A stretch of 64,000 bases of DNA from Trueperaceae bacterium (GTDB lineage: Bacteria; Deinococcota; Deinococci; Deinococcales; Trueperaceae): the NCBI GenBank assembly GCA_965213925.1, contig OZ243927.1:3552001-3616000 (forward strand), written 5' to 3'. A program made the translations under genes and the position numbers. Shown here piece after piece: positions 27,336-37,097 of this stretch (the stretch's first letter is position 1; every line of letters starts with the position of its first letter). The notes below the pieces were generated by a model. That model had not been told where the DNA came from, did no database searches, and worked only from the letters and a program-made list of their open reading frames with translations.

Positions 27336-30300
27336 GTGACACGATATTCTAACTTTCAGACGCTGGCGTATCCTCATGAACGCGACGCCTGTGGGGTGGG
27401 CTTCGTCGCGGATATACAGGGGCGCAGAACACACAAAATTTTAGAGCACGCGCTCACTGCGCTCTGCAACCTCTCGCACCGGGGCGCGGTCAGCGCGGAC
27501 GGGCTCACGGGCGACGGCGCGGGCGTCCTGACGCAGATTCCCTATAGGCTCCTTCGGCGGGAATTGACGGCGCAAGGTATCCAGTTGGAGAAGGATAGTG
27601 ACCTCGCCGTTGGGAGCTTTTTCGTCTCGAACTTTGCACCTGAAGATGAGGTTTTTGGTCTGATTGATGAGGTGATTGAGGACTCGAGCTTAGGCTTTCT
27701 TATGTGGCGCGACCTGCCCACGAATGACGACGCACTGGGCGACGACGCCCGCCGCCGCCGCCCAGTCATGCGGCAAGTGTTGCTGCAGCGTCCCGAAGGG
27801 TTAGATGACGCTGCTTTTGAGCGCCTGCTCTACCTCACGCGCAAGCGGATCGAGAACCGTCTCTTTGAAGCCGACCTCGGGCGCACCTACATCCCGTCGT
27901 TCTCGCACCAGACGCTCGCCTACAAAGGCCTCATGGTCGCGCCGCAACTGAGCGCGTTCTACTTGGACCTCGCGGACCCGGACTTTGAAACGGCGCTCGC
28001 CGTTTTTCACCAGCGCTACTCGACGAACACCTTTCCGCGCTGGTCCTTAGCGCAGCCGTTTCGCTTTTTGGCGCACAACGGCGAGATCAATACGCTCCAG
28101 GGCAACGTGAATTTCATGCGGGCGCGGGAGATGGTTTTGAAAAGTGGCGTATGGGGCGACGAGATAGACGACCTCTTGCCGATTATCGAACCCGGCGGCA
28201 GCGACTCAGCCGCGCTCGACAACGCCTTCGAACTCCTTACGCTCTCCGGGCGCGACCTCTTACATACGCTTATGATGCTCGCGCCGCAAGCCTATGAGGA
28301 GAACGAGCAGTTGGAGCCCGAACTGCGCGGTTTCTACGAATACCACGCCGCGCTAATGGAGCCCTGGGACGGTCCAGCCGCGCTCGCCTTTTCGGACGGG
28401 CGCACCGCCGTCGCCGCGCTCGACCGCAACGGGCTGCGCCCCCAGCGCTACTGGATCAGCGAAGAGGGCACCGTCGTCGTCGGCTCCGAGGCGGGGATGG
28501 TAGACCTGCCGGGTGAGACCATCATCGAAAAAGGTCGCCTCGGCCCAGGCATGATGCTGGCGGTAGACACGGAAAATCACCGCGTGCTGCACGACGCGGA
28601 CATCAAAGCGGAGGTGGCGTCGCGTCAGCCTTACGCGAAGTGGATCGAGGAGCACATGTTACGCCCCGAGCCGCAGCCTGACGTGGTCGCGGCGAGAGGG
28701 TGGGAGGAAGGCGCTCTCTTGCGCGCTCAGAGCTTGTTCGGCTACCACAAGGAGGAGATCGAGCGCATCTTCGAACCGATGGTCTTCGGCGCGAAGATTC
28801 CGGTGGGCTCGATGGGGGACGATACGCCTTTAGCCGTTCTGTCTGAGCAACCTCAAGGGCTCTACCGCTACTTCAAACAGCGCTTCGCCCAGGTGACGAA
28901 CCCGCCGATTGACCCCCTGCGCGAACGCTTGGTCATGTCCTTAGAGACCGTTGTCGGACCGCGCGGCAGCCTCTTAGAAGAGGATGAGATGTCCGCGAGG
29001 GTCATGGAGTTCGACTCGCCCGTGCTGGATGAGGGGACGTTCAACTGGTTGCGCACGCAGACTCTGTACAGGGTTTGCACGCTGCAAACGTCTTTCGAAG
29101 TGGCGGAAGGACCGGAGGGCTTGGAACCTGCTTTAGAGACCCTCTGCCAGAGCGCAGAAGAAGCCGTCCGCTCCGGCTGCGGCGTCCTCGTCCTCTCGGA
29201 CCGTGAAGTGGACAGCGACTGGGCTCCCATCCCGATGCTCTTAGCGACGGCGGCGGTGCACCACCACCTCTTGAAACTTGGACTGCGCACCCGCACCGCG
29301 CTGGTGTGCGACACGGGCGAGCCGAGAGAAGACCACCACATCGCCTGCTTGATCGGCTACGGCGCGGCGCTAGTACATCCCTATTTGGGTTTTGCGAGTG
29401 CCAGGGACGTAGGGCAGAACACCAAACGCGAAGAGCCCATCCACCCGGAGGAAGCCGCGCAGAACTACAAGAAGGTGCTCGAGCAGGGTCTCCTCAAAAT
29501 CATGTCCAAGATGGGCATCTCAGCGGTGTCATCGTACCGAGGGGCGCAGATTTTTGAAGCGATTGGCGTGAGTCAAGAGGTCACTGACAAGTATTTTGTC
29601 GGGACGCCCAGCCGTATCGGTGGGGCGGGTTTAGAGGTGTTTGCTAGAGACGCGCTGCAGTTCCACGCGGCGGCGCTTGGCGAAAACCCGGCGCTGCAAG
29701 ATAGAGGTGTCTACCGCTTCCGCAAAGCGGGCGAGTATCACGCCCTAAACCCGCTCGTCTTCAAGGCGCTCCACAAAGCGGTGCGCACGGAGAGTTTCGA
29801 AGCGTTCGAGGAGTACGCTAAGCGCGTGGACGAGCGTCCGGTGTGCAACCTGCGCGACCTCTTGCAGTACAAGAAGGCAGGCGCGCCGCTTCCCTTAGAA
29901 GAGGTCGAGCCCGCCGAGGCTATCGTCAAACGCTTCACCACGCAGGCGATGAGCCACGGGTCGGTCTCCCGCGAAACCCACGAAACCCTCTCCATCGCCA
30001 TGAACCGCCTCCAAGCGAAGAGCAACTCGGGCGAAGGCGGCGAAGACCCCGTGCGCTTTCAGCCTTACGAGCACGACCTGGACGACTCGGACGCCTACCA
30101 CAGCCCGTGGCATCCTAAAGCGGGCGACTGGGGCAACAGCGCGATTAAACAGGTTGCGTCGGGGCGTTTCGGCGTGACGCCGGATTATCTGGTGTCGGCT
30201 CAAGAATTAGAAATCAAGATGGCGCAGGGCTCCAAACCCGGCGAGGGCGGGCAGATTCCCGGTCACAAGGTCAACGACGAGATCGCCCGCATCCGCCGCA

Positions 30301-31925
30301 GCGTCCCCGGCGTCACCCTCATCTCGCCGCCGCCGCACCACGACATCTACTCGATCGAGGACTTGGCGCAGCTCATCTACGACCTCAAGCGGGTGAACCG
30401 CACGGCGAGGGTCGGCGTCAAGCTCGTGGCTACCGCCGGTGTAGGCACGGTGGCGGCAGGCGTGGCGAAGGGCTACGCAGACAACATTCAAATTTCCGGC
30501 AACGACGGCGGTACGGGCGCATCCCCTCTTTCGTCGGTCAAGCACGCGGGCGTCCCTTGGGAACTCGGGCTCGCGGAGGTGCAGCAAGTCTTGATCGAGA
30601 ACGACCTGCGCGGGCGCGTCTCGCTGCGGGTGGACGGCGGCATGAAGACCGGGCGAGACGTGATCGTCGGCGCGCTTTTGGGCGCAGAGGAGTACGGCTT
30701 CGGCACGGCGGCTTTAGTCGCCGCGGGCTGCGCGATGATTCGTCAGTGCCACCTCAACACCTGCCCGGTGGGTGTAGCGACCCAGCGCGAGGACCTGCGT
30801 AAGAAGTATCCGGGTCAGCCGGAGCACGTGGTGAACTTCATGGTGTATGTGGCGCAGCAAGTCCGCATGATTTTGGCGGAGATGGGTTTTCGGAGTCTGG
30901 ATGAGGTCGTCGGGCGCGTGGACCTCTTGGAGGCGAAAGAGGTCACGCTGCCTAAAGCGACGCTCGACCTCTCCGCCATTTTGCGCGACGCCGACCCGAG
31001 TGGCGAGAAGCCGCGCCGCTCGCAGCAGCGCCGTAATGACCGCCCGGAAGAAGAGGTTCCGTTGGATGAGATCATCTGGCGGGATGCGGTGAATACCGTT
31101 CAGACGCAGCAACCTCTTTTTAAGCGCTACCCCATCACTAACCGTGAGCGCTCGGTAGGGGCGCGGCTCGCTGGGGAGATTGCCAGGGTGCACCCCCAAG
31201 GTTTACCCGCCGGCACGATTCGGCTGCACCTTCAAGGGATTGCCGGGCAGACCTTCGGCGTTTTTAACAGCGCGGGCGTCACGCTCGACTTAGAAGGCGA
31301 AGCCCAGGATTACGTCGGCAAAGGGATGGCGGGCGGCGAGATCATTGTGCGTCCCCGCGAAGGTGCGGCGCTGACCCCGCAGGAGAACACCATCATCGGC
31401 AACACGGTCATGTACGGCGCGACGGGCGGCAGCCTCTACGCTGCCGGGCACGCGGGCGAACGGCTCTGCGTGCGCAACTCGGGCGGACGCGCCGTCGTCG
31501 AAGGCTGCGGCGACCACGGCTGCGAATACATGACGGGCGGCGTGACCGTCGTTTTAGGCAAGACCGGGCGCAACTTCGGCGCGGGCATGTCGGGCGGGGT
31601 GGCGTATGTACTCGATACGGACGGCTCCTCCGAAGACAACCTCAACCCTACGATGGTCGCTTTGGAGCGCGTCGCGCCGGGAATCGACGAAGACCTCCTC
31701 CGCATGATGATTGAGCGTCACAAGGCGCTGACGGACAGTCCGAAAGCAAAGGCGCTGCTGGCAAATTGGCAGCAGACCCTTTCGCAGTTCTGGAAAGTTG
31801 CGCCGCGTCCGAGCGTCGAAGACGCGGCGGCCGAGGAGCAGAGCATCAAGGTCGTCGAGGCGGCGGCGCTTAGAGCTGTGCAGCTCGAGGCTGAGGCGAC
31901 GCGCACGGATTCGCCAGCGCTCTAA
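27336..31925 (+). CDS. gltB: Glutamate synthase large subunit
   Basis: ERDA-CGVGF amidotransferase Cys, HQRYSTNT, EPWDGPA, KQVASGRFGV, 3Fe-4S CAMIRQCHLNTC; start revised to GTG 27336 after GAAAGGGA. Confidence 0.97.
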   Translation: MTRYSNFQTLAYPHERDACGVGFVADIQGRRTHKILEHALTALCNLSHRGAVSADGLTGDGAGVLTQIPYRLLRRELTAQGIQLEKDSDLAVGSFFVSNFAPEDEVFGLIDEVIEDSSLGFLMWRDLPTNDDALGDDARRRRPVMRQVLLQRPEGLDDAAFERLLYLTRKRIENRLFEADLGRTYIPSFSHQTLAYKGLMVAPQLSAFYLDLADPDFETALAVFHQRYSTNTFPRWSLAQPFRFLAHNGEINTLQGNVNFMRAREMVLKSGVWGDEIDDLLPIIEPGGSDSAALDNAFELLTLSGRDLLHTLMMLAPQAYEENEQLEPELRGFYEYHAALMEPWDGPAALAFSDGRTAVAALDRNGLRPQRYWISEEGTVVVGSEAGMVDLPGETIIEKGRLGPGMMLAVDTENHRVLHDADIKAEVASRQPYAKWIEEHMLRPEPQPDVVAARGWEEGALLRAQSLFGYHKEEIERIFEPMVFGAKIPVGSMGDDTPLAVLSEQPQGLYRYFKQRFAQVTNPPIDPLRERLVMSLETVVGPRGSLLEEDEMSARVMEFDSPVLDEGTFNWLRTQTLYRVCTLQTSFEVAEGPEGLEPALETLCQSAEEAVRSGCGVLVLSDREVDSDWAPIPMLLATAAVHHHLLKLGLRTRTALVCDTGEPREDHHIACLIGYGAALVHPYLGFASARDVGQNTKREEPIHPEEAAQNYKKVLEQGLLKIMSKMGISAVSSYRGAQIFEAIGVSQEVTDKYFVGTPSRIGGAGLEVFARDALQFHAAALGENPALQDRGVYRFRKAGEYHALNPLVFKALHKAVRTESFEAFEEYAKRVDERPVCNLRDLLQYKKAGAPLPLEEVEPAEAIVKRFTTQAMSHGSVSRETHETLSIAMNRLQAKSNSGEGGEDPVRFQPYEHDLDDSDAYHSPWHPKAGDWGNSAIKQVASGRFGVTPDYLVSAQELEIKMAQGSKPGEGGQIPGHKVNDEIARIRRSVPGVTLISPPPHHDIYSIEDLAQLIYDLKRVNRTARVGVKLVATAGVGTVAAGVAKGYADNIQISGNDGGTGASPLSSVKHAGVPWELGLAEVQQVLIENDLRGRVSLRVDGGMKTGRDVIVGALLGAEEYGFGTAALVAAGCAMIRQCHLNTCPVGVATQREDLRKKYPGQPEHVVNFMVYVAQQVRMILAEMGFRSLDEVVGRVDLLEAKEVTLPKATLDLSAILRDADPSGEKPRRSQQRRNDRPEEEVPLDEIIWRDAVNTVQTQQPLFKRYPITNRERSVGARLAGEIARVHPQGLPAGTIRLHLQGIAGQTFGVFNSAGVTLDLEGEAQDYVGKGMAGGEIIVRPREGAALTPQENTIIGNTVMYGATGGSLYAAGHAGERLCVRNSGGRAVVEGCGDHGCEYMTGGVTVVLGKTGRNFGAGMSGGVAYVLDTDGSSEDNLNPTMVALERVAPGIDEDLLRMMIERHKALTDSPKAKALLANWQQTLSQFWKVAPRPSVEDAAAEEQSIKVVEAAALRAVQLEAEATRTDSPAL

Positions 31926-31939
31926 CTTCACCTTTTTTC

Positions 31940-31985
31940 ATCCCACCTGTACGCACGGTCGGTGCAGGTGGGATTTTTCATTTTT
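31940..31985 (+). terminator. Intrinsic terminator after gltB
   Basis: ATCCCACCTGTAC...GTGCAGGTGGGAT followed by T-rich run. Confidence 0.85.
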
Positions 31986-32016
31986 GCCCAGCAATGTAAC
32001 TCGTTATACTGCGCAG

Positions 32017-35000
32017 GTGACGCTTCTTTTCGGGTTACTCGTCGGTCTAGGCTTAGGCTATGTGGGAGCGCGGCTGAGTCGCCAGTCCTTCAAATCCCAA
32101 ATGAGTAAGAGCGCCGCGTCCCGCTTGCGGCGCATGCTCAAATGGAGCGAGCGACGCTACTCCGACCTCGAAAGTGCCGCGCAGCAGCAGCGGGCGCAGT
32201 GGGCGCTTTTGGAGCAGGTGCGCGGGACCTTGGCGCGAGAACAAGAGCCCAGTCAAATCTTGAAGTGCGCCGCGGACGTCGTCGCCCGCGAAACGTCTTA
32301 CCGAAGCGTAAGCATCTCGCTGGTCGAAGGTGATGTGCTCACCGCGCGTTACAGCGCGGGAAATATGGAGAGCGAAGGGGTGGTTTTTCAGCCTCTCCTC
32401 TTTGACACCTTATGGCCAACCGAGACCGCAACCGAGCCGGTGGCGATCATGAAAACGGTACGGGCGTCCCCAACGACCCTCACCGAAGTCACCGTGCCGC
32501 TCTTCGGTGGGCTGCGCATGATCGGCACGTTGAGCGTGCAAGGTCACGCCCTGACGCGACGAGACCGAGACCTCTTGAATGTGCTCGGTAAAGAGGTGAG
32601 CACGGCCTTAGAGCGCTCGAGGCTCCTCGCCGACGTGCGCCAGAGCGAGGCGAACTTGCAAGACTTTTTGGATAACGCGAGCGACCTCATCCAGAGCGTC
32701 TCACCCGACGGTCACTTCTTCTACGTCAACCGAACCTGGAAAGAGAAGCTCGGCTACAGCGACGCGGACTTGGCGCAGCTCACGCTCTTCCAACTGATTC
32801 ACCCCGAGAGCAGGGCACACTGCGCCCGGATGTTCGAGCGCGTCCTAGCGGGAGAAGACGTCGGCATCGTCGAGGCGGTCTTCAGGGCGAAAGACGGGCG
32901 GCGCGTGCGCGTGCGCGGCAACGTGAACTGCCGCTTTGAAGGCGGCGAACCCGTCGCGACGCGCAGCATCTTCCGCGATGTGACCGAAGCCGCCGAAGCG
33001 GAGGCGGCGCTGCGGCACTACCAGCGTCAGTTGGAGGAAAAAAACCGCCGCTTGGAGGTGCAGGGGCGCGACTTGGCGCGCTTGGCGGAGTTTCGCCAGG
33101 TCTTAGTCGCTTTCGTCAACGATACGTTGCGCGGCGGCGCGTTAGGCGAGGCGTTCTACCAGCAGCTTTTAGAGTGCGCGGTGCGCGCGATCCCGGGGGC
33201 GCAAGCGGGCAGCTTGCTGCTAGAGCGCAGCGCAGGTCAAGCGGGAGCGCCGCACATATCCGAACCACAGACGGACGAATACGCCTACGTCGCCGCGGTG
33301 GGGTACGATTTGAGCGCGCTGCAAGGGGTCACCTTCCAAGTGGAAGAACTCGCCTACCGGGGCGAGCCTCAGCCTCTCAACCATTACGACGAGGTCAATC
33401 ACACGCTAGGGGACGAGCGGCGGCAGATATTGGAGCGCGCCGGGCGCACGCGCGACATCGCCGTCTCGCTCAGCTTGCCCGTGCAGGTCGGCGGGCGCAC
33501 CCTCGCCTTTTTGAACCTGGACAACTTCGACGACCCGGCGGCGTTCAATCAGGAGACCGTCCAACTCACCGAGGCGTTCACCTCGCAAGTCGGCGTCTTG
33601 ATGACGCGGCTTAACTTAGAGGCTGAACTCCAGGTGCGGCAGCGTGACGTCGAACGCGCGAACCTCGAGCTAGCCCGCGCCGACCGCTTAAAGAGCGAAT
33701 TTTTAGCGAATATGTCCCACGAACTGCGCACGCCCCTAACCGCGATCATCGGCTTTTCCGAACTCTTAAAAGAGGAGCTGTTCGGTCCCCTCAACGAAAA
33801 GCAGACGAGTTACGTGAGGGATATTTTAGAGGCGGGTCATCACCTCTTAGCGCTGATTAACGACATCCTAGACCTCTCCAAAATCGAAGCCGGACAGATG
33901 GAGCTTGCGCCCGCCGAGGTGGACGTGACCGAGCTTTTAGAGGGCGTCTTGAGCGTGATCCGCGAACGGGCGAACAAAGCCGAGCTGACGCTTCACGCGG
34001 CGCTCCCGCCCGAACTGCCCCTCAGCGCCGATCCCCGCAAGCTCAAACAGGTGCTCTACAACCTGCTCTCGAACGCGGTGAAGTTTACGCCGCTCGGCGG
34101 CGAGGTTCACCTTTTGGTGGAGGAGCGCCCGGACGCCGTTTACTTCTTCGTTACGGATACGGGCATCGGCATCAGCGACGAGGACGTGGGGGGACTTTTT
34201 CAAGAATTTTCGCAGGTGGACAGCTCCTTGTCGCGTAGGCACGACGGCACCGGTTTGGGGCTCGCCCTCTCGAAGCGTCTCGTCGGGCTTCACGGCGGCT
34301 CGATTTGGGTGGAGAGCGAGGTGGGCAAGGGAAGCACCTTCGGGTTCGATATCCCCAAACAAGCCCGAGCAGCCTCGGCCAACCCACCCGTTATAAGACC
34401 AGGACGCCGCGCCCTCGTCGTCGAAGACGATGAACGCACCGCGAACTTGCTCTGCGCCTATCTGGAAACGGGCGGCTTCGAAGTTCTGCGGGCTGCGAAC
34501 GGTTTAGAAGGTACCAAACTTCTCAAACAGCACCGCCCCGACGTCGTCACTCTGGATATTATGATGCCCGTAATGAGCGGCTGGAGTTTTTTAGAAGTCC
34601 TGGAAAACGACGCAGACCTCGCCGCGACGCCCGTCGTTATCGTATCGGTCGTGGGTCATACGGTGGAAGATGAAACGCCGGGGGCGGCAGCGGCGCTCAA
34701 AAAGCCCGTCGAGCGCGAAGCGTTCTTGACGATGTTAAATCGCGTGTTGGAACAGAGCGAGCCGCCTTTCGCGTCATCCCGTTCGGGCGTGGCGACGGAT
34801 GAGGACGGCGACGCCGAAAGAAACGATACGGCGGGCGAGCAAGAGGTCGAGCGGACGCTCACTCGGGAACCGAACGCGTCAAACAAATCTTCAACCGACC
34901 GTCAGAAGAGAGGTCGGAGTGCGCGGGAGGTCTTGGAACATTTAGCCGCCACCCACCCCGACTTGAAAGTTTTAGACCTCGAGCTACCAGCCGCCGGCGA

Positions 35001-35088
35001 ACCTCACCGGCGTAGCAACCCACCCGTCACGGTCTTGTCACAGGCTGAGGACGCTGCGCGCCCCAAAACGGAACCTACTCAGAACTAA
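32017..35088 (+). CDS. Hybrid sensor histidine kinase (TM-GAF-PAS-GAF-HisKA-HATPase-REC)
   Basis: FLANMSHELRTPL, NLLSNAVKFT, DTGIG, GTGLGL, REC with VVEDD...LDIMMP; start revised to GTG 32017, 6 nt after TATACT. Confidence 0.92.
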   Translation: MTLLFGLLVGLGLGYVGARLSRQSFKSQMSKSAASRLRRMLKWSERRYSDLESAAQQQRAQWALLEQVRGTLAREQEPSQILKCAADVVARETSYRSVSISLVEGDVLTARYSAGNMESEGVVFQPLLFDTLWPTETATEPVAIMKTVRASPTTLTEVTVPLFGGLRMIGTLSVQGHALTRRDRDLLNVLGKEVSTALERSRLLADVRQSEANLQDFLDNASDLIQSVSPDGHFFYVNRTWKEKLGYSDADLAQLTLFQLIHPESRAHCARMFERVLAGEDVGIVEAVFRAKDGRRVRVRGNVNCRFEGGEPVATRSIFRDVTEAAEAEAALRHYQRQLEEKNRRLEVQGRDLARLAEFRQVLVAFVNDTLRGGALGEAFYQQLLECAVRAIPGAQAGSLLLERSAGQAGAPHISEPQTDEYAYVAAVGYDLSALQGVTFQVEELAYRGEPQPLNHYDEVNHTLGDERRQILERAGRTRDIAVSLSLPVQVGGRTLAFLNLDNFDDPAAFNQETVQLTEAFTSQVGVLMTRLNLEAELQVRQRDVERANLELARADRLKSEFLANMSHELRTPLTAIIGFSELLKEELFGPLNEKQTSYVRDILEAGHHLLALINDILDLSKIEAGQMELAPAEVDVTELLEGVLSVIRERANKAELTLHAALPPELPLSADPRKLKQVLYNLLSNAVKFTPLGGEVHLLVEERPDAVYFFVTDTGIGISDEDVGGLFQEFSQVDSSLSRRHDGTGLGLALSKRLVGLHGGSIWVESEVGKGSTFGFDIPKQARAASANPPVIRPGRRALVVEDDERTANLLCAYLETGGFEVLRAANGLEGTKLLKQHRPDVVTLDIMMPVMSGWSFLEVLENDADLAATPVVIVSVVGHTVEDETPGAAAALKKPVEREAFLTMLNRVLEQSEPPFASSRSGVATDEDGDAERNDTAGEQEVERTLTREPNASNKSSTDRQKRGRSAREVLEHLAATHPDLKVLDLELPAAGEPHRRSNPPVTVLSQAEDAARPKTEPTQN

Positions 35089-35105
35089 AGCGAGCGTGAG
35101 CCTTC

Positions 35106-35483
35106 ATGACTACCCCTAGCCTTCTCATCGTGGACGACAACGAGCTTAACTTGCGCCTTCTCAACGACGTGCTCTCGACGAGAGGCTATGACATCACGCT
35201 GGCGAGGAGCGGCGAAGAAGCCCTCGCAGAGGCGCGGCGTAACGCTTTCGACCTCATCTTGATGGACGTGCAGATGCCGGGCATGAGCGGCACCGAAGCG
35301 ATGCAGGCCCTTAGGCGCGACCCAGCGTGGGACAACGCCCCGATTTTAGCCGTAACCGCGCTCGCGATGCAAGGGGACGAAACGCAGCTTTTAGACGCGG
35401 GGTTCGACGGCTATATAAGTAAACCTATCGCGTATAAAACAATACTCAGTACGGTCGCGTCGTATTTGCAGCCCTACGCTTAG
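35106..35483 (+). CDS. Single-domain response regulator (DivK/CheY-like)
   Basis: IVDDN, LMDVQMP, AVTA, YISKP. Confidence 0.93.
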   Translation: MTTPSLLIVDDNELNLRLLNDVLSTRGYDITLARSGEEALAEARRNAFDLILMDVQMPGMSGTEAMQALRRDPAWDNAPILAVTALAMQGDETQLLDAGFDGYISKPIAYKTILSTVASYLQPYA

Positions 35484-35511
35484 AGCGTCCGCACAAGCAA
35501 TTGACCGAGCC

Positions 35512-36321
35512 TCAAAACTCCGACTCAGGCAGGTCTAGGTGATTCAAAAGCTGCGCCGCTACCCCGATCGCGATGGCTTGCGGGCTCTTGCCAGGCACTT
35601 CGGGTAAGCCGATGGGCGTGGTGACGCGCGCCAAGTCCTCTTCGGAAAGCTCATGTGCGAGGAGTTCGCGCCTGAAGTGCTGCCACTTCACCGCACTCCC
35701 GATAAGACCAACGAAGCCAAACCTGCGCTCTTTATCCTGCCTCAGCGCCGTCTCGACAATCGCCAAATCCTCGGCGTGGTCGTGGGTGAGGACGAGGAGG
35801 TGCGAGCCAACGGGCAGCGTTTCTAAAACGGTTTCGGGCACCTCGGCGTGGGCGAGGTGAACCTCGGCGTGAAGAGGTGCGGGAAGTTCCCTCTCTAACT
35901 GAGCGGACCTCGAGTCCACCACGTGAAGCTCAATAGGCAGCGTACCGAGAACCTGCACGAGCGCCCAGCCGACATGCCCCGCTCCGAAGATCGCGACGGT
36001 TGGGCGCTTTGGATAGATAGGCTCAAGTAAAAGCGTCACCTCGCCGCCGCAGCACTGCACGCCGTAGTCGCCGCCCTTCGGATTGAGCGTCACAGACATC
36101 ATCTCGGGCGTCGCCCGCTTTTCACAGAGGTACGCCCTAGAGGTCTCTACCGCGCTCCTCTCCAAGTTGCCGCCGCCGACGCTGCCGCAAATCTCATTTT
36201 GAGTGACAATCATCTTGCTACCCGCACCTCTCGGGGCGTGACCGCGCACGGCTGCGACAGTGACCACAACGAAAGACTCGCGCTGCTGCTCGAGCCTGAC
36301 GAGGTGTTGAAGCCAGGTCAT
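35512..36321 (-). CDS. xdhC: Xanthine dehydrogenase accessory protein
   Basis: GHAPRGAGSKM, SVGGGNLE, QCCGG, FGAGHVG, THDHAED, GLIGS. Confidence 0.93.
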   Translation of the reverse strand: MTWLQHLVRLEQQRESFVVVTVAAVRGHAPRGAGSKMIVTQNEICGSVGGGNLERSAVETSRAYLCEKRATPEMMSVTLNPKGGDYGVQCCGGEVTLLLEPIYPKRPTVAIFGAGHVGWALVQVLGTLPIELHVVDSRSAQLERELPAPLHAEVHLAHAEVPETVLETLPVGSHLLVLTHDHAEDLAIVETALRQDKERRFGFVGLIGSAVKWQHFRRELLAHELSEEDLARVTTPIGLPEVPGKSPQAIAIGVAAQLLNHLDLPESEF

Positions 36322-36542
36322 GTGAACCGCTCAGGATCGGCCCACTCACTGCTGGCTAAAACCTGCTTGGGAAGCTCATCGAGCGCTTTTTGAGGACCCT
36401 CAACGTTGAACATATTCACGCAGCACCCGCAGCCCAAGTTTTCGGAGTAGTCTAGATGCGCCTCCCACTTCTCGAGCCACCCCTCGACGGCTTCAACCTC
36501 TTCTGGAAAATCGATTTGAGCTATAATCGTCGCTTTTGGCAC
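36318..36542 (-). CDS. Small hypothetical protein with GCGCC motif
   Basis: 74 aa, GAGG RBS, stop overlaps the xdhC start (ATGA-type coupling). Confidence 0.7.
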   Translation of the reverse strand: MPKATIIAQIDFPEEVEAVEGWLEKWEAHLDYSENLGCGCCVNMFNVEGPQKALDELPKQVLASSEWADPERFT

Positions 36543-36543
36543 G

Positions 36544-37083
36544 TCAACCTCTCGGGGCGGTGCTCGGCTGCACCCTCAGCTGCTTGCGAATCACGCGAAT
36601 CTGCCCCCGGTGGTTGACCTCGTCTTCCAAAACGTGAAACCACTTCCAGTGGTTGTTGACCCAGCCGATGTCCCACGTGGTCCCCTCTTGGAGCCAGGTG
36701 TCGTCTCGAGCGGCGAAAGCGGTCAGGGTCCGGGCGCGTGTTGCGGCGAGATGCTCGAGGTAATAAGGTAAATCGTGACCACGAACCTCTCTGCGTCCGC
36801 GCTCACCGAGCCCGCCGACTTTCCAGCGCGCTTTTTGTTCGTCAGAGAGAGTGACTTCTGGAAGTGTATCGTTCTGGTAGTACATCTCGACGGCGGCGAT
36901 GTGCTCTAAGAGCATCCCAACCGAATTCCCCTCTTCGAAGAGGTGCGCGTCGAGGTCCTCCTGGCTGAGCCCTTTCACCGCTTGCAAAGTGGTGAGTCGC
37001 GCGTAGTTCATCATGTAAGCCAAACGGCTGATGTGAGGCGTGAAGCCGTTCAAGTCCGTAAAAGCATAAGGATTATCGATCAT
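36544..37083 (-). CDS. DinB/DUF664-like protein
   Basis: NSVGMLLEHIAAVE, WFHVLEDEVNHRGQI. Confidence 0.88.
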   Translation of the reverse strand: MIDNPYAFTDLNGFTPHISRLAYMMNYARLTTLQAVKGLSQEDLDAHLFEEGNSVGMLLEHIAAVEMYYQNDTLPEVTLSDEQKARWKVGGLGERGRREVRGHDLPYYLEHLAATRARTLTAFAARDDTWLQEGTTWDIGWVNNHWKWFHVLEDEVNHRGQIRVIRKQLRVQPSTAPRG

Positions 37084-37097
37084 CAGCCACCTCTTAC

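Noticed and set aside
31798..32016. N-terminal extension of the histidine kinase
   Set aside because: Overlaps the gltB end and its terminator; GTG 32017 after TATACT fits better
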